Shown in pieces: positions 10,201 through 23,204 of a stretch of 26,148 nt of DNA. Below the pieces are notes generated by a model that was given only the letters and a program-made list of their open reading frames with translations, had not been told where the DNA came from and made no database searches. The stretch spans positions 1-26,148 of the forward strand of contig CBDHEC010000007.1 of NCBI GenBank assembly GCA_965261975.1, in the 5' to 3' direction. This DNA comes from Alphaproteobacteria bacterium. Lineage in GTDB: Bacteria > Pseudomonadota > Alphaproteobacteria > UBA6615. Position 1 is the first letter of the stretch; every line of letters begins with the position of its first letter. Position numbers and translations under genes: made by a program.

Positions 10201-11978
10201 GGCTGGCGAACTTCGAGCCGCTTCAATGTCGACGTGCCCTCAAGGTCCAGCAGGTTCGGCCGCGGCCCGATGAACGAGACCAGCGACATCACGATTTCCT
10301 CGCGGATCGGATCAATCGGCGGGTTCGTGACCTGGGCGAAGAGCTGCTTGAAATAGGATGCCAGGGGCTTGGACCTGGACGACAGCGCCGAAATCGGCGT
10401 GTCCGTGCCCATCGCGCCCGTGGCCTCCTGCCCCGTATGCGCCATCGGCATCATCAGGAACTTGAGATCTTCTTCCGAGTAGCCAAACGCCTGCTGGCGC
10501 TTCAGCAACGGGGTCTGGGAAACAGCGGGCGGGCGGCCGACCTCGGGCAGGTCGCGAACTCTGATCTGCGTGTTCGCCAGCCATTCCCTGTAGGGATGGC
10601 TCGCGACGAGCTCGTTCTTGAGATCCTCATCCGAGATGGTCTTGCCCTTCTCGAGATCGATCAGCAGCATCTTGCCGGGCTGCAGGCGCCATTTCCGCGC
10701 AATATTCTCTTCCGGGATATCCAGCACGCCCATTTCGGACGCGAGCAGCACAAAGCCGTCCTTGGTCTCGAGATAGCGCGCCGGGCGTAATCCGTTGCGG
10801 TCCAGCGTGGCACCAATGACCTTGCCGTCGGTGAACGCAATCGCGGCGGGACCGTCCCACGGCTCCATCAGCGCCGCGTGATACTCGTAGAAGGAGCGCA
10901 GATGGTCATCCATCAACGGGTTCCCGGCCCACGCTTCCGGGATCATCATCATCATCGCATGCGGCAGGGAGTATCCGCCCTGATAGAGCAGCTCCAGCGC
11001 ATTGTCGAAGCAGGCCGAATCCGACTGCCCCTCATAGGAGATCGGCCAGAGCTTCTCCATGTCGTCGCCGAATGTCGGGGACGACATCGTCGCCTGGCGT
11101 GCGGCCATCCAGTTGTTGTTGCCACGCAGGGTGTTGATCTCGCCGTTATGGCAAATCATCCGGTACGGGTGCGCCAGCGGCCAGGAGGGAAAGGTGTTGG
11201 TGGAGAAACGCTGATGGACCAGGGCCAGGGCGGAGATCACGCGCTCGTCCTGAAGGTCCTTGTAGTACTGCACCACCCCGTCGGCGAGAACGAGGCCCTT
11301 GTAGACGATCGTGCGCGACGAACAGGACGCCGGATAGTACTCGCCGGCCCATTCCGGATAGTTTGCCCGAATGTAGCTCGATGCGGATTTCCGCATGACA
11401 TAGAGCTTGCGCTCGAAACCGTCGTCATCGGCCATGCTCTCGCCGCGCGCGATGAACACCTGACGGTGCATCGGCTCCGTCGGCTTCACGCTCTCTCCGA
11501 GAATGGATGAATCGACCGGTACGTCGCGCCAGCCCAGAATCGACATGCCTTCCCGTTCCGCGGCCGCCTTATAGGCTTCCTCGACCAGGGCCTGCTGCCC
11601 CTGGTCACGCGGCAGGAAGAGATGCGCCACGCCGTAATGGTTCGGCGGCGGCAATTCAAAACCGAGCGCTTCGACCTCGGCGGCGAAAAACTCGTGCGGC
11701 AGCTGGATCAGGATCCCCGCGCCGTCCCCGGCTTTCGGGTCCGCGCCCACGGCGCCTCGATGTTCGAGATTGCAAAGAATATTCAGGCCGTCTTCGACGA
11801 CTTTCCGGCTCCGCTCGTTCTTGATCGAGCAGATCATGCCAATGCCGCACGCGTCATGCTCATGCGCCGGGTTGTACAAACCCTGCGCAGGCTTCACGCC
11901 GCTGTAGAGCGTGTTCGGGGCGACATTCGCCGGGGCAATATTGTTCGTTTTACGCAAGGTCGAAATCCCAACTGCCAT
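7266..11978 (-). CDS. gltB: Glutamate synthase large subunit
   Basis: 1570 aa. EHDACGIG (Ntn nucleophile Cys after the propeptide), [50 protein letters not shown], 3Fe-4S motif [18 protein letters not shown] domain. Confidence 0.98.
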   Translation of the reverse strand: MAVGISTLRKTNNIAPANVAPNTLYSGVKPAQGLYNPAHEHDACGIGMICSIKNERSRKVVEDGLNILCNLEHRGAVGADPKAGDGAGILIQLPHEFFAAEVEALGFELPPPNHYGVAHLFLPRDQGQQALVEEAYKAAAEREGMSILGWRDVPVDSSILGESVKPTEPMHRQVFIARGESMADDDGFERKLYVMRKSASSYIRANYPEWAGEYYPASCSSRTIVYKGLVLADGVVQYYKDLQDERVISALALVHQRFSTNTFPSWPLAHPYRMICHNGEINTLRGNNNWMAARQATMSSPTFGDDMEKLWPISYEGQSDSACFDNALELLYQGGYSLPHAMMMMIPEAWAGNPLMDDHLRSFYEYHAALMEPWDGPAAIAFTDGKVIGATLDRNGLRPARYLETKDGFVLLASEMGVLDIPEENIARKWRLQPGKMLLIDLEKGKTISDEDLKNELVASHPYREWLANTQIRVRDLPEVGRPPAVSQTPLLKRQQAFGYSEEDLKFLMMPMAHTGQEATGAMGTDTPISALSSRSKPLASYFKQLFAQVTNPPIDPIREEIVMSLVSFIGPRPNLLDLEGTSTLKRLEVRQPIISNSGLEKIRAIGDIADNQFMTQTLDITYGVARGAAYMEEAIENVCKRAEESVGQGYNIIILSDRLVGPDRVAIPSLLATSAVHHYLIRKGLRTSVGLVVETGEAREVQHFATLAGFGAEAINPWLAFETLEDLRDKFDDDLTIEEINRSFIKGLCKGLLKVMSKMGISTYQSYCGAQIFDAVGLKSSFVEKYFTGTHTAVEGVGLEEIARETLERHAQAFGNDPVYKGALDVGGEYAFRIRGEKHAWTPQTVADLQHAVRGELPDKYRTYAAAINEQDAAHMTLRGLFRLKSAEEAGRKPVALDEVEPAAEIVKRFATGAMSFGSISREAHTTLAIAMNRIGGKSNTGEGGEEVDRFTPMDNGDSMRSAIKQVASGRFGVTTEYLVNSDMIQIKMAQGAKPGEGGQLPGHKVDAVIAKVRHSTAGVGLISPPPHHDIYSIEDLAQLIFDLKNTNAQADISVKLVSEVGVGTVAAGVSKARADHVTISGFEGGTGASPLTSIKHAGSPWEIGLAETQQTLVMNDLRGRISVQVDGGLRTGRDVVVGALLGADEFGFATAPLIASGCIMMRKCHLNTCPVGIATQDPQLRKKFTGKPEHVVNYFFYVAEEVREMMAAMGFRTVNEMIGQTDMLDTDAAIDHWKAKGLDFGKLFFKPAEAAHVDIHRTIDQDHPIKDILDRKFIEAARPALEEGTSVQAEFPIRNTDRTAGTMLSGEIAKKYGHAGLPEDTIWIKLKGVAGQSFGAWVAHGVTLDLEGEGNDYVGKGLSGGKLIVRPAPESGINPDESMIVGNTVLYGAVTGECYFRGIAGERFAVRNSGAIAVVEGTGDHGCEYMTGGIVVVLGDTGRNFAAGMSGGIAYVLDEAGDFEGRCNLAMVDLEPIEGEAEEMEKLHLSDNESHGLVDVGSDMTRFDAERLRQLIQNHAHYTASTRAQQILDNWEEYLPKFVKVMPVEYRRALQEMQVEQTGEMNIGLRRG

Positions 11979-12172
11979 GATCGGTAAGACTGTCCGATCT
12001 ACCTAGTAATCCATGTCGGCCGACTTTTTGCGTCGGCCCCTTTAAACGCGCGAACCGGGCATTTATGCCCTGGCGCACAGCGGGCTGGATATTACCGGAA
12101 CCAGCCCCTAAACCCACCTTGAATCCGGCATAAAACACGGTCAAATCCGCACTTTTTTACACGCGTTCGGCC

Positions 12173-12198
12173 AACAAAAAACCCCGCCAAAGCGGGGC
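12173..12198 (-). terminator. Rho-independent terminator of the rrn operon
   Basis: Minus strand reads GCCCCGC-TTTG-GCGGGGT then TTTTTGTT, about 23 nt downstream of tRNA-fMet. Confidence 0.85.
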
Positions 12199-12220
12199 AA
12201 GAATTGACTATCAACCAGAT

Positions 12221-12298
<78 letters not shown>

Positions 12299-12405
12299 TC
12301 GATAACGTCTCGCGTTGCCACGCAAAATCTGTCTCGTTCCTAACATGCGTGAAGGAACCATCGTGAACTAGGTTGCATTGCTTGCCGGCGATCATGCGTT
12401 TGGAA

Positions 12406-12523
12406 GACCTGGCAACGACCTACTCTCCCGTGCCTTAAGACACAGTACCATCGGCGCTAGGGGTCTTCACGGCCGAGTTCGGAATGGGATCGGGTGTGGC
12501 CCCCCCGCTATAGCCACCAGGTC
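12406..12523 (-). rRNA. rrf: 5S rRNA
   Basis: Reverse complement reads GACCTGGTGGCTATAGCG...CCCGATCCCATTCCGAACTCGGCCGTGAA...GGGAGAGTAGGTCGTTGCCAGGTC. It is flanked by the complementary arms CATGCGTTTGGA / TCCAAACGCATG. Ends are approximate. Confidence 0.96.
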
Positions 12524-12711
12524 GTCCAAACGCATGGTGTGCCGGGGTTGGTGCAATAATCCTGACGAACGCACCCCTGGGGTGCGGTTTAAAACCGAAA
12601 ACCTGAGTTATCGAAACAATTTGTGTCGACGAACCTTGCCACTGTACGCGGCGGTTTATTGCCGTTTTACCCCGAAGGGTAGAACCCCGAAGGGTCCTGC
12701 AAACGGCCTAC

Positions 12712-15476
<2,765 letters not shown>

Positions 15477-15598
15477 GCAGAGCCGTCGCGTACAGGGGCA
15501 AGCCCCATCAACACGATTGCTCCGACTTTCTCAGCTTTCGGCTTGTCCATGTAGCCAGCACTCGAAAGTACCGACCACATGGGGTCAGGATTGCAACC

Positions 15599-15620
15599 TA
15601 TTCACGATGTCTAACAACGC
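15599..15620 (-). promoter_or_regulatory. Spacer boxA-like antitermination site
   Basis: GCGTTGTTAGACATCGTGAATA between tRNA-Ala and 23S; 19/22 identical to the leader copy at 17663-17684. Confidence 0.65.
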
Positions 15621-15715
15621 CGTATGTCGAGCAAGCTCGTCATACGAATACCTGATTTCTACCGTTCGATGATCGATGTTCACGGGCTCAAGAGCCTCGT
15701 CGCACCACGCAAAGT

Positions 15716-15791
15716 TGGTGGAGCTGGACGGGATCGAACCGACGACCTCCTGCTTGCAAAGCAGGCGCTCTCCCAACTGAGCTACAGCCCC
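15716..15791 (-). tRNA. tRNA-Ala (TGC)
   Basis: GGGGCTGTAGCTCAGTTGGGAGAGCGCCTGCTTTGCAAGCAGGAGGTCGTCGGTTCGATCCCGTCCAGCTCCACCA, in the ITS. Confidence 0.97.
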
Positions 15792-15803
15792 GACCGGAAA
15801 GCT

Positions 15804-15880
15804 TGGTGGGCCTGGGAAGACTTGAACTTCCGACCTCACGCTTATCAAGCGCGCGCTCTAACCAACTGAGCTACAGGCCC
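15804..15880 (-). tRNA. tRNA-Ile (GAT)
   Basis: GGGCCTGTAGCTCAGTTGGTTAGAGCGCGCGCTTGATAAGCGTGAGGTCGGAAGTTCAAGTCTTCCCAGGCCCACCA, in the ITS. Confidence 0.97.
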
Positions 15881-15991
15881 GGAATTCGGTCTTCCGGCTC
15901 ATCGATCGGACGGCAGAAGGGATGCGAAGACGGCGGCACGTGGGGTTTTGTGTCTAAATAAAAGTCCTGAATGGCGAACCATTCGAGACTT

Positions 15992-17496
<1,505 letters not shown>

Positions 17497-17662
17497 GACC
17501 TCCCCGATCCGCTGAACAACGGTTCATTGGTCGGGTTGACTAGAAGCGTCTACTTAGCACAAGCGAGGCACAAACTAATGTACCTCGTTACATCTTAAAG
17601 ATGCGCGTGCAAGCGGACGTGTTTGATATCACGCACCGCCGCCTGCGCATCCCTTCTTCAGG

Positions 17663-17684
17663 TATTCACAATGTCCAACAGCGC
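17663..17684 (-). promoter_or_regulatory. Leader boxA-like antitermination site
   Basis: GCGCTGTTGGACATTGTGAATA just upstream of the 16S processing-stem arm. The arm at about 17636-17657 pairs with about 15915-15936. Confidence 0.65.
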
Positions 17685-17779
17685 AGATGCCAATATCCGC
17701 TCCAACTTAGGAGCGAAATCACTCGGCATGTAGCTAAGCCGCCCAACAGGGTTTACCCCCAACCGGGCGGCGAGGGCGG

Positions 17780-17808
17780 GTTATATGACTGTGGACTGGG
17801 CAAGTCAA
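17780..17808 (-). promoter_or_regulatory. rrn proximal sigma70 promoter (P2)
   Basis: TTGACT-17 bp-TATAAC followed by the GC-rich discriminator CCGCCC, with A-tracts upstream (UP-like, about 17813-17843). Confidence 0.8.
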
Positions 17809-17911
17809 ACGCTTTTTCCCAGTCTGAACAGCTTTTTTTTAAACCCGTCCGGATACCGCACAAAGGCTTGCTGGAACCGGGTTCCGTGATGCCTTTGACA
17901 GTGCGCAGGGT

Positions 17912-17939
17912 GATATAGGATCGCGCCGGTTTGTGTCAA
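17912..17939 (-). promoter_or_regulatory. rrn distal sigma70 promoter (P1)
   Basis: TTGACA-16 bp-TATATC followed by ACCCTGCGC, about 130 bp upstream of P2. Confidence 0.6.
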
Positions 17940-18069
17940 CCGGATTACTGCACTGCAGCAAAGAATTTCGCAGGCGCCGACCATGCACCTTCCGGGCATG
18001 CGCGAGTCACCGCCTTTCGCTAGGCTCACCGCGCGGTTTGAGCCGAAATACGAATAGTGGAACGAAAAA

Positions 18070-18591
18070 ATGAAACGCCTCCTCCTCATGCGTCACGGGT
18101 CTGCGGAATGGGCCGAAAGCGGACAGGATGATTCGGATCGCGCGCTCACCCGGGTCGGCAGCGCGGAATGCGCTCAGGTGGCGCAGTGGCTTGTTGCCCA
18201 TGACCTGGCCCCGGATCACGCCCTGGTGTCGTCGGCTCTGCGCACCCGGCAATCGTGGGGTGTCGTAGGTGAAAAGCTGCACGGCGCGCCGTCATTTGCC
18301 GTGCATGACGACCTCTATCTCGCCGCACCCGGCACCCTGCTCGCGCGCGTCGGAGAACAGCCCGACACGGTACAGATTGCATTGGTGATAGCGCACAATC
18401 CGGGGATTGAGGAACTGGCTCGAATGCTCGCAGGCCCCTCGCCCGACGACACGGCGATTCGGGATCTGATGCTCGGATTTCCTGCTGCCGGTCTCGCAGT
18501 ATTTACAATCGAGGCCGACGCGTGGGATCAGGTAACCGTCGCCGAAACACGCCTGACCGATTTCTTTCGCCCCGGACAGATACGCGACTAG
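18070..18591 (+). CDS. sixA: SixA-type histidine phosphatase family protein
   Basis: MKRLLLMRHGSAEW (RHG), DSDRALT..G, VSSALRTRQS, DLYLA, IAHNPG; 173 aa. Confidence 0.88.
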   Translation: MKRLLLMRHGSAEWAESGQDDSDRALTRVGSAECAQVAQWLVAHDLAPDHALVSSALRTRQSWGVVGEKLHGAPSFAVHDDLYLAAPGTLLARVGEQPDTVQIALVIAHNPGIEELARMLAGPSPDDTAIRDLMLGFPAAGLAVFTIEADAWDQVTVAETRLTDFFRPGQIRD

Positions 18592-18597
18592 GCATGC

Positions 18598-19518
18598 TCA
18601 GCCACGCAGCCCGCGAATAAATTCGGCGAGCGCCGTCCCGACCTCATCGGGGACATCTTCCTGCATGTAATGCCGGCCTTGCACCGTGACTTCCGTCTGG
18701 TTCTTGAAGGTGCGGGCATGCTCGCGCGCTGCCCCGGCAAGGCCGTGTCCTTCATCGGCATTGATGAAAAGTTTCGGCGTATCGGTCTCGACCAGCCAGT
18801 CGGCGTAGCGCTTGACGATGGCATGGCTCTCTGCAGGCTCACCGTCGAACGGAATGTCATTCGGCATTATGACCCCCGGCAACCTCGTACCGCCGGGACG
18901 GTTGGTCGGATAGCGATAGACTTCTTTCTCGGCATCGGACAGCTCACGGATGATGCCGCGCTCGAACAGCATCACCTCGACGAAGAGGTTCTTCTCGATC
19001 GCTTCCGCCTCGCCTTCAGGCGTGCGAAACCGCTTGAAGGCACCTACTCGTTCTTCGGGGATATCCGACCAATGGCGAGGCCACACCATCGCTTCCATAT
19101 AGGCGATGCCCTGGACCTGGTCGGGAAACCGTGATGCGCGGTCAAACCCGACAGCTGCGCCCCAGTCATGCAACACCAGAATCAAATTCTCGTCCAAACC
19201 CAGCGCATCAAAGAAAGCGTCGAAATATTCGATATTGTCCTTGAAGTGGTACGCCTCGCGCGGCGACGTCGACGACCAGCCATGGGCAATAAAGTCCGGC
19301 GCAATAACGCGGCCCAATCCCTCGGCATGGGGGATGACGTTTCGCCACAGGAACGACGAAGTCGGGTTTCCGTGCATGAAGACGATCGGGTCCCCCTCGC
19401 CGATGTCGATATAGGCCATCTCCGCATCGCCGACCTTTACCGTCTTGCGCAGCTCGGGATTGGCGGTGGACAGGGTCTGGCTCGGATCCGCTGTCGGAAG
19501 GATCGCTTTCGGCGGCAT
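18598..19518 (-). CDS. Haloalkane dehalogenase (DhaA/LinB-like, subfamily II)
   Basis: MAYIDIGEGDPIVFMHGNPTSSFLWRN, nucleophile motif LHDWG, catalytic Glu in YMEA, catalytic His in GRHYMQED. Start taken at ATG 19518 (uncertain). Confidence 0.88.
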   Translation of the reverse strand: MPPKAILPTADPSQTLSTANPELRKTVKVGDAEMAYIDIGEGDPIVFMHGNPTSSFLWRNVIPHAEGLGRVIAPDFIAHGWSSTSPREAYHFKDNIEYFDAFFDALGLDENLILVLHDWGAAVGFDRASRFPDQVQGIAYMEAMVWPRHWSDIPEERVGAFKRFRTPEGEAEAIEKNLFVEVMLFERGIIRELSDAEKEVYRYPTNRPGGTRLPGVIMPNDIPFDGEPAESHAIVKRYADWLVETDTPKLFINADEGHGLAGAAREHARTFKNQTEVTVQGRHYMQEDVPDEVGTALAEFIRGLRG

Positions 19519-19752
19519 GTTGTTCTCTACTGAAAAGTTGTCCGAAGATATCACCGGCCGCCGCGCGTCATGCGGCCGAATTCGAAAGACACTGGTGCGC
19601 GCACCTCAACAGTTCGGCAGTCCGCACCGCCGCAATATTGCCCCGGGCATGTGACGAAACGCTGCGAACGCGATATGACTGAAGGGCCACACCGGCTGAA
19701 CCTCCCCGCGATCCAGAGGCAAGGATATCGCCATGCCCGCGAGGCACCGCAG

Positions 19753-20751
19753 ATGACCCGGTCCGACCCGCCGCGCAACCGCACGGCAAAGGACTCCATA
19801 ACCGTCGAACTCAGCGCGGTGATCGTCGCCGTCGGCTCAGACGGTCCGCGCGTGCTGGTTCGCCAGCCGGATACGTCACGGCCGGCCGCCCTGCCCTCTG
19901 GCCCCCTGGAGCCCCAGCATCGCACGCTGGAGGCCGGTCTTCGGACCTGGGTCGAAGAGCAAACCGGCTATGACCTCGGTTACGTCGAACAACTCTACAG
20001 TTTCGGTGACGCCAACCGCCATGCCAGCGCGCGCGCGCAGCCAGGCCGGATGCTGTCGATCGGCTACCTCGCACTGGTCCACGAAAGCAAGCCGCGGCGC
20101 ATGGAAGCGAGCGAATGGCGAAGCTGGTACGAATTCTTTCCCTGGGAAGACTGGCGCAACGGTGAGCCGGCGGTCCTGTCATCCGTTCGTGACGGCATCG
20201 CAGGCTGGATCGCGGAGGCGCCGCGCGACGAACGGAAATCCCGCGAAAATCGTTCGCGGGTCGCTTTCGGTATGCCCGGCAGCCGCTGGAACGAGGAACT
20301 CGTCCTTGAGCGTTACGAACTTCTCTACGAGATTGGGCTGGTCCCCGAGGCCCACCGCGATGGCGCGGCCTGCTGGGCACCGCGCGAAGCCGCCATCATG
20401 GAGGCCGACAGCCTGCAGGCGGATCACCGGCGCATTCTCGCGACAGCCATCTCGCGCCTGCGCGGGAAGATCAAGTACCGCCCGGTGGTCTTCGAGCTGA
20501 TGCCGCCACGCTTTACCTTCCTGGACCTGCAACGCGCCGTCGAAGCGCTGTCGGGTGTCGAACTCCACAAGGCGAACTTCCGCCGCCTGGTCGAGCATCA
20601 GGGCCTCGTCGAGGACACGGGCGCCAAAACCTCCAAGACCGGCGGCCGCCCGGCCAGCCTGTTCCGGTTTCGCCGCGAGGTCTTGCTCGAGCGGCCCGCC
20701 AGCGGGGTCGGTTTGCCGCCCGTGCGGCGCGGCCCTACGCGTCCGCGATAA
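19753..20751 (+). CDS. NadQ/NrtR-like Nudix-related transcriptional regulator
   Basis: ELSAVIVAV, LPSGP, GLRTWVEEQTG..LGYVEQLYSFGD, ERYELLYEIGL, DHRRILATAISRLRGKIKYRPVVFELMP, and C-terminal wHTH LHKANFRRLV...GGRPASLFRF. ATG 19753 follows GAGG. Confidence 0.88.
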   Translation: MTRSDPPRNRTAKDSITVELSAVIVAVGSDGPRVLVRQPDTSRPAALPSGPLEPQHRTLEAGLRTWVEEQTGYDLGYVEQLYSFGDANRHASARAQPGRMLSIGYLALVHESKPRRMEASEWRSWYEFFPWEDWRNGEPAVLSSVRDGIAGWIAEAPRDERKSRENRSRVAFGMPGSRWNEELVLERYELLYEIGLVPEAHRDGAACWAPREAAIMEADSLQADHRRILATAISRLRGKIKYRPVVFELMPPRFTFLDLQRAVEALSGVELHKANFRRLVEHQGLVEDTGAKTSKTGGRPASLFRFRREVLLERPASGVGLPPVRRGPTRPR

Positions 20752-21313
20752 ACAACATCCCCTGCTCTTCGATCTTGTCTCGCGTCTCGGGACCCCAGCG
20801 CTCGGCGATGATGTCGCCGGTCGCGGGCGGCAGAATGATGTCGTTGAGAGCGTTCTCGTCTTCACCCTGAATGATGACGAGCATCCGGCTCTCATGGTCC
20901 TCCAGGTTCGTGAAATTCCTGATCACGCCCGGCGGAACCGAGATCATCTCAAACGGGTTGATCACCACGCTGTGCTTGCCTTCGCGCCCATAGTCGAAAC
21001 GATACCGCCCGGTCAGCGGCATGAAGGTCTCGTAAGTCGTCATATGCGCATGCAACGCCGATCCGTCATTGGGCGGGGTACCGACGACGTAGATCGACGC
21101 ACCGTCCGGGCCCTCGATGGCCGGCGTGCTGTTCTGTTTCTCGGCCGGCTTGGGTTTGGCCATCAGCAGGAAGATGTCCCGGGCCGCAACATACTCATAG
21201 GCCGCCTGGGGGATGCCCCCACGCTCGGCAAACTCAGCCTTGTTGGGCTTTAGGTCGTCGACCCGTGCGATACGCTTTTCCATGTCTTCGGGTGAAAAAT
21301 CCAGCGTCTCCAT
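20735..21313 (-). CDS. Cupin domain protein (paralogue of 1068-1616)
   Basis: C-terminal part of ORF 20735..22414; the likely start is METLDFSPE at ATG 21313 with a GGGAGAG RBS. Motifs GSALHAHMTTYETF and ISVPPGVIRNFTN. Confidence 0.85.
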   Translation of the reverse strand: METLDFSPEDMEKRIARVDDLKPNKAEFAERGGIPQAAYEYVAARDIFLLMAKPKPAEKQNSTPAIEGPDGASIYVVGTPPNDGSALHAHMTTYETFMPLTGRYRFDYGREGKHSVVINPFEMISVPPGVIRNFTNLEDHESRMLVIIQGEDENALNDIILPPATGDIIAERWGPETRDKIEEQGMLFIADA

Positions 21314-21415
21314 ATTGCTCTCCCGGTTTTGCAGTCCAAACGCTAGCATATTCACCAGGTCGGCTTTCCGAAGATGTTTGGAAGGCGTGATGGAAGTATC
21401 GGGAGGAATATCGGA

Positions 21416-22429
21416 ATGCGCGCAATCAGACTTCACCGGACCGGCGGACCGGAGGTCCTGCAGATCGATGAGATTGATCGCCCGGATCCGGGGCCCGGCC
21501 AGGTCCTGGTGAAGGCCCATTCGATCGGCATCGGCCTGGCCGACCAGCTCGTGCGTGACGGCCGCTACCCGTGGATGCCGGACCTGCCGACCATTCCCGG
21601 CATCGAGATGAGCGGCACGATCGCTGCCGTTGGAGCAGGCGTGACCAGCCACCGAGAGGGCGAAGCCGTGGTCGTCTCGGCGGTGCCGGAACGCGGCTGC
21701 TACGCCGAGTATCTCACCATCGCAACCGAATGGGCGTTCCCCTGCCCCGCCGGGTTCGACCTGGCTGCCGCCGGCTGCCTCATGAACTATCGGGTCGCGT
21801 ACCGCATCCTGCATTCCGGCGCCCGGGTACGCGCCGGCGAAACCATCGCCATCGTCGGCGCGGCTGGCGGGCTGGGAAGCGCGCTGCTGGACCTCGCCAA
21901 TGCCGCCGGCCTGGAGACCATCGCGCTGGCGCGCAGCCCCCAAAAGGCGGCATTCGCCCGCGAGCGCGGCGCGCGGCACGTGATCGATACATCCGCCAAT
22001 GATCTGAACGACACGATCATGGACCTCACCGGCGGGCGCGGCGTCGACCATTTTATCGACCCCGTCGGCGGCAACGGCTTCGTCGACCACCTCGAGCTGC
22101 TGGCGATCCACGGCACACTGGTGCTCTATGGCATGATCGAGGGACTGCCCCAGGACGACGTGTTCGCCGCCCAGACCCGGCGTTGGGCCCGCTGTCCCGC
22201 CGTGCGGGTGTTCTCGATCCACTCTTTCGATCATGAACCCGAGGCGGCCGGACGAGACATGGTCGAATTGATGGATTTGGTCGCCAACGGCACCATCGCG
22301 CCCGCGATCTATGCCGAGATGCCGCTCGAGGATATGGTCGAGGCACACCGGCACCTCGACGATGGGCGGATCATGGGCAAGCTGTTGCTGCAGCCTGGCC
22401 GCGACACGGCCCACTTCAGGGGCGCCTGA
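21416..22429 (+). CDS. MDR-family NADPH:quinone oxidoreductase-like protein
   Basis: ATG 21416 after GGAGG. MRAIRLHRTGGPEVL, PGPGQVLVK, PGIEMSG, GAAGGLG, GGRGVD, C-terminal GKLLL. Confidence 0.88.
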   Translation: MRAIRLHRTGGPEVLQIDEIDRPDPGPGQVLVKAHSIGIGLADQLVRDGRYPWMPDLPTIPGIEMSGTIAAVGAGVTSHREGEAVVVSAVPERGCYAEYLTIATEWAFPCPAGFDLAAAGCLMNYRVAYRILHSGARVRAGETIAIVGAAGGLGSALLDLANAAGLETIALARSPQKAAFARERGARHVIDTSANDLNDTIMDLTGGRGVDHFIDPVGGNGFVDHLELLAIHGTLVLYGMIEGLPQDDVFAAQTRRWARCPAVRVFSIHSFDHEPEAAGRDMVELMDLVANGTIAPAIYAEMPLEDMVEAHRHLDDGRIMGKLLLQPGRDTAHFRGA

Positions 22430-22436
22430 CCACCCG

Positions 22437-23177
22437 TCAGGTGAAGTACAAGCCGCCGTTCATGTGGACGGTCTGACCGGTCATGTACCCGTTCCCGGAG
22501 ATCATCACCACGGCAGACGCCACCTCATCAACATGCCCTATGCGGCCGACCGGCGGCGAGAAGACCTGCTGCTCGGGCGTGGCAGTTGAGGTCATGTCCG
22601 TATGGATGAGCACCGGCGACACGGAGTTGGCTGTCACCCCCTCTTCGACCAGCCGCAACGCGTAGGCCCGGGCCAGCGCCTCCATTCCGCCCTTCGAGGC
22701 GGAATAATGCAGACCAACGCGCCCGCCGTTATGCGCGGCGCCGGACGTGATGTAGATCAGCCGACCCCAGCGTCGTTCGCGCATCCCTTCGACCACCGCC
22801 TGGGAGCACAAAAAGGCCGAGGTCAGGTTCGCCTGCATCACGCGATTGAAATCGTCTTCCGTCGTTTCCTCGATCGATTGCCGAATACCGATCCCCGCAT
22901 TCGCGACCAGGATATCAACCGGCCCCAGTTCGGCTTCCGTCTCGGCGACCATACGCACGACGTCATTGTTCACCGTAACATCGCCCTGGACAATCGCCGC
23001 ACGGCCCCCGGCATCCATGATCGCCGCAACCGTGTCCCGGGCGGCGTCCGAATTCGATACATAGTTCACGGCCACCGCCACACCGGCACCCGCCAGCGCG
23101 CGCGAGATCGCCGCGCCGATGCCGCGACCGCCGCCTGTCACGAGGGCGACCCGGCCCTCCAGATTGTTTGAATCCAT
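22437..23177 (-). CDS. SDR family oxidoreductase (FabG-like)
   Basis: TGGGRGIG, ANAG, catalytic YSASK, C-terminal YMTGQTVHMNGG; 246 aa; AAGGA RBS. Confidence 0.92.
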   Translation of the reverse strand: MDSNNLEGRVALVTGGGRGIGAAISRALAGAGVAVAVNYVSNSDAARDTVAAIMDAGGRAAIVQGDVTVNNDVVRMVAETEAELGPVDILVANAGIGIRQSIEETTEDDFNRVMQANLTSAFLCSQAVVEGMRERRWGRLIYITSGAAHNGGRVGLHYSASKGGMEALARAYALRLVEEGVTANSVSPVLIHTDMTSTATPEQQVFSPPVGRIGHVDEVASAVVMISGNGYMTGQTVHMNGGLYFT

Positions 23178-23204
23178 GGTCTTGTCAGTCCTTTTCGGGT
23201 CGAC

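Noticed and set aside
5845-11987. Long plus-strand ORFs opposite gltB and gltD (e.g. 8685..9635, 9942..10790), and likewise 23697..24767 and 25142..26044
   Set aside because: Typical stop-poor antisense frames of high-GC genes.
21314-22414. 559-aa minus ORF suggesting a large cupin fusion
   Set aside because: The N-terminal part is the antisense shadow of the quinone oxidoreductase; the cupin has its own RBS and ATG at 21313.
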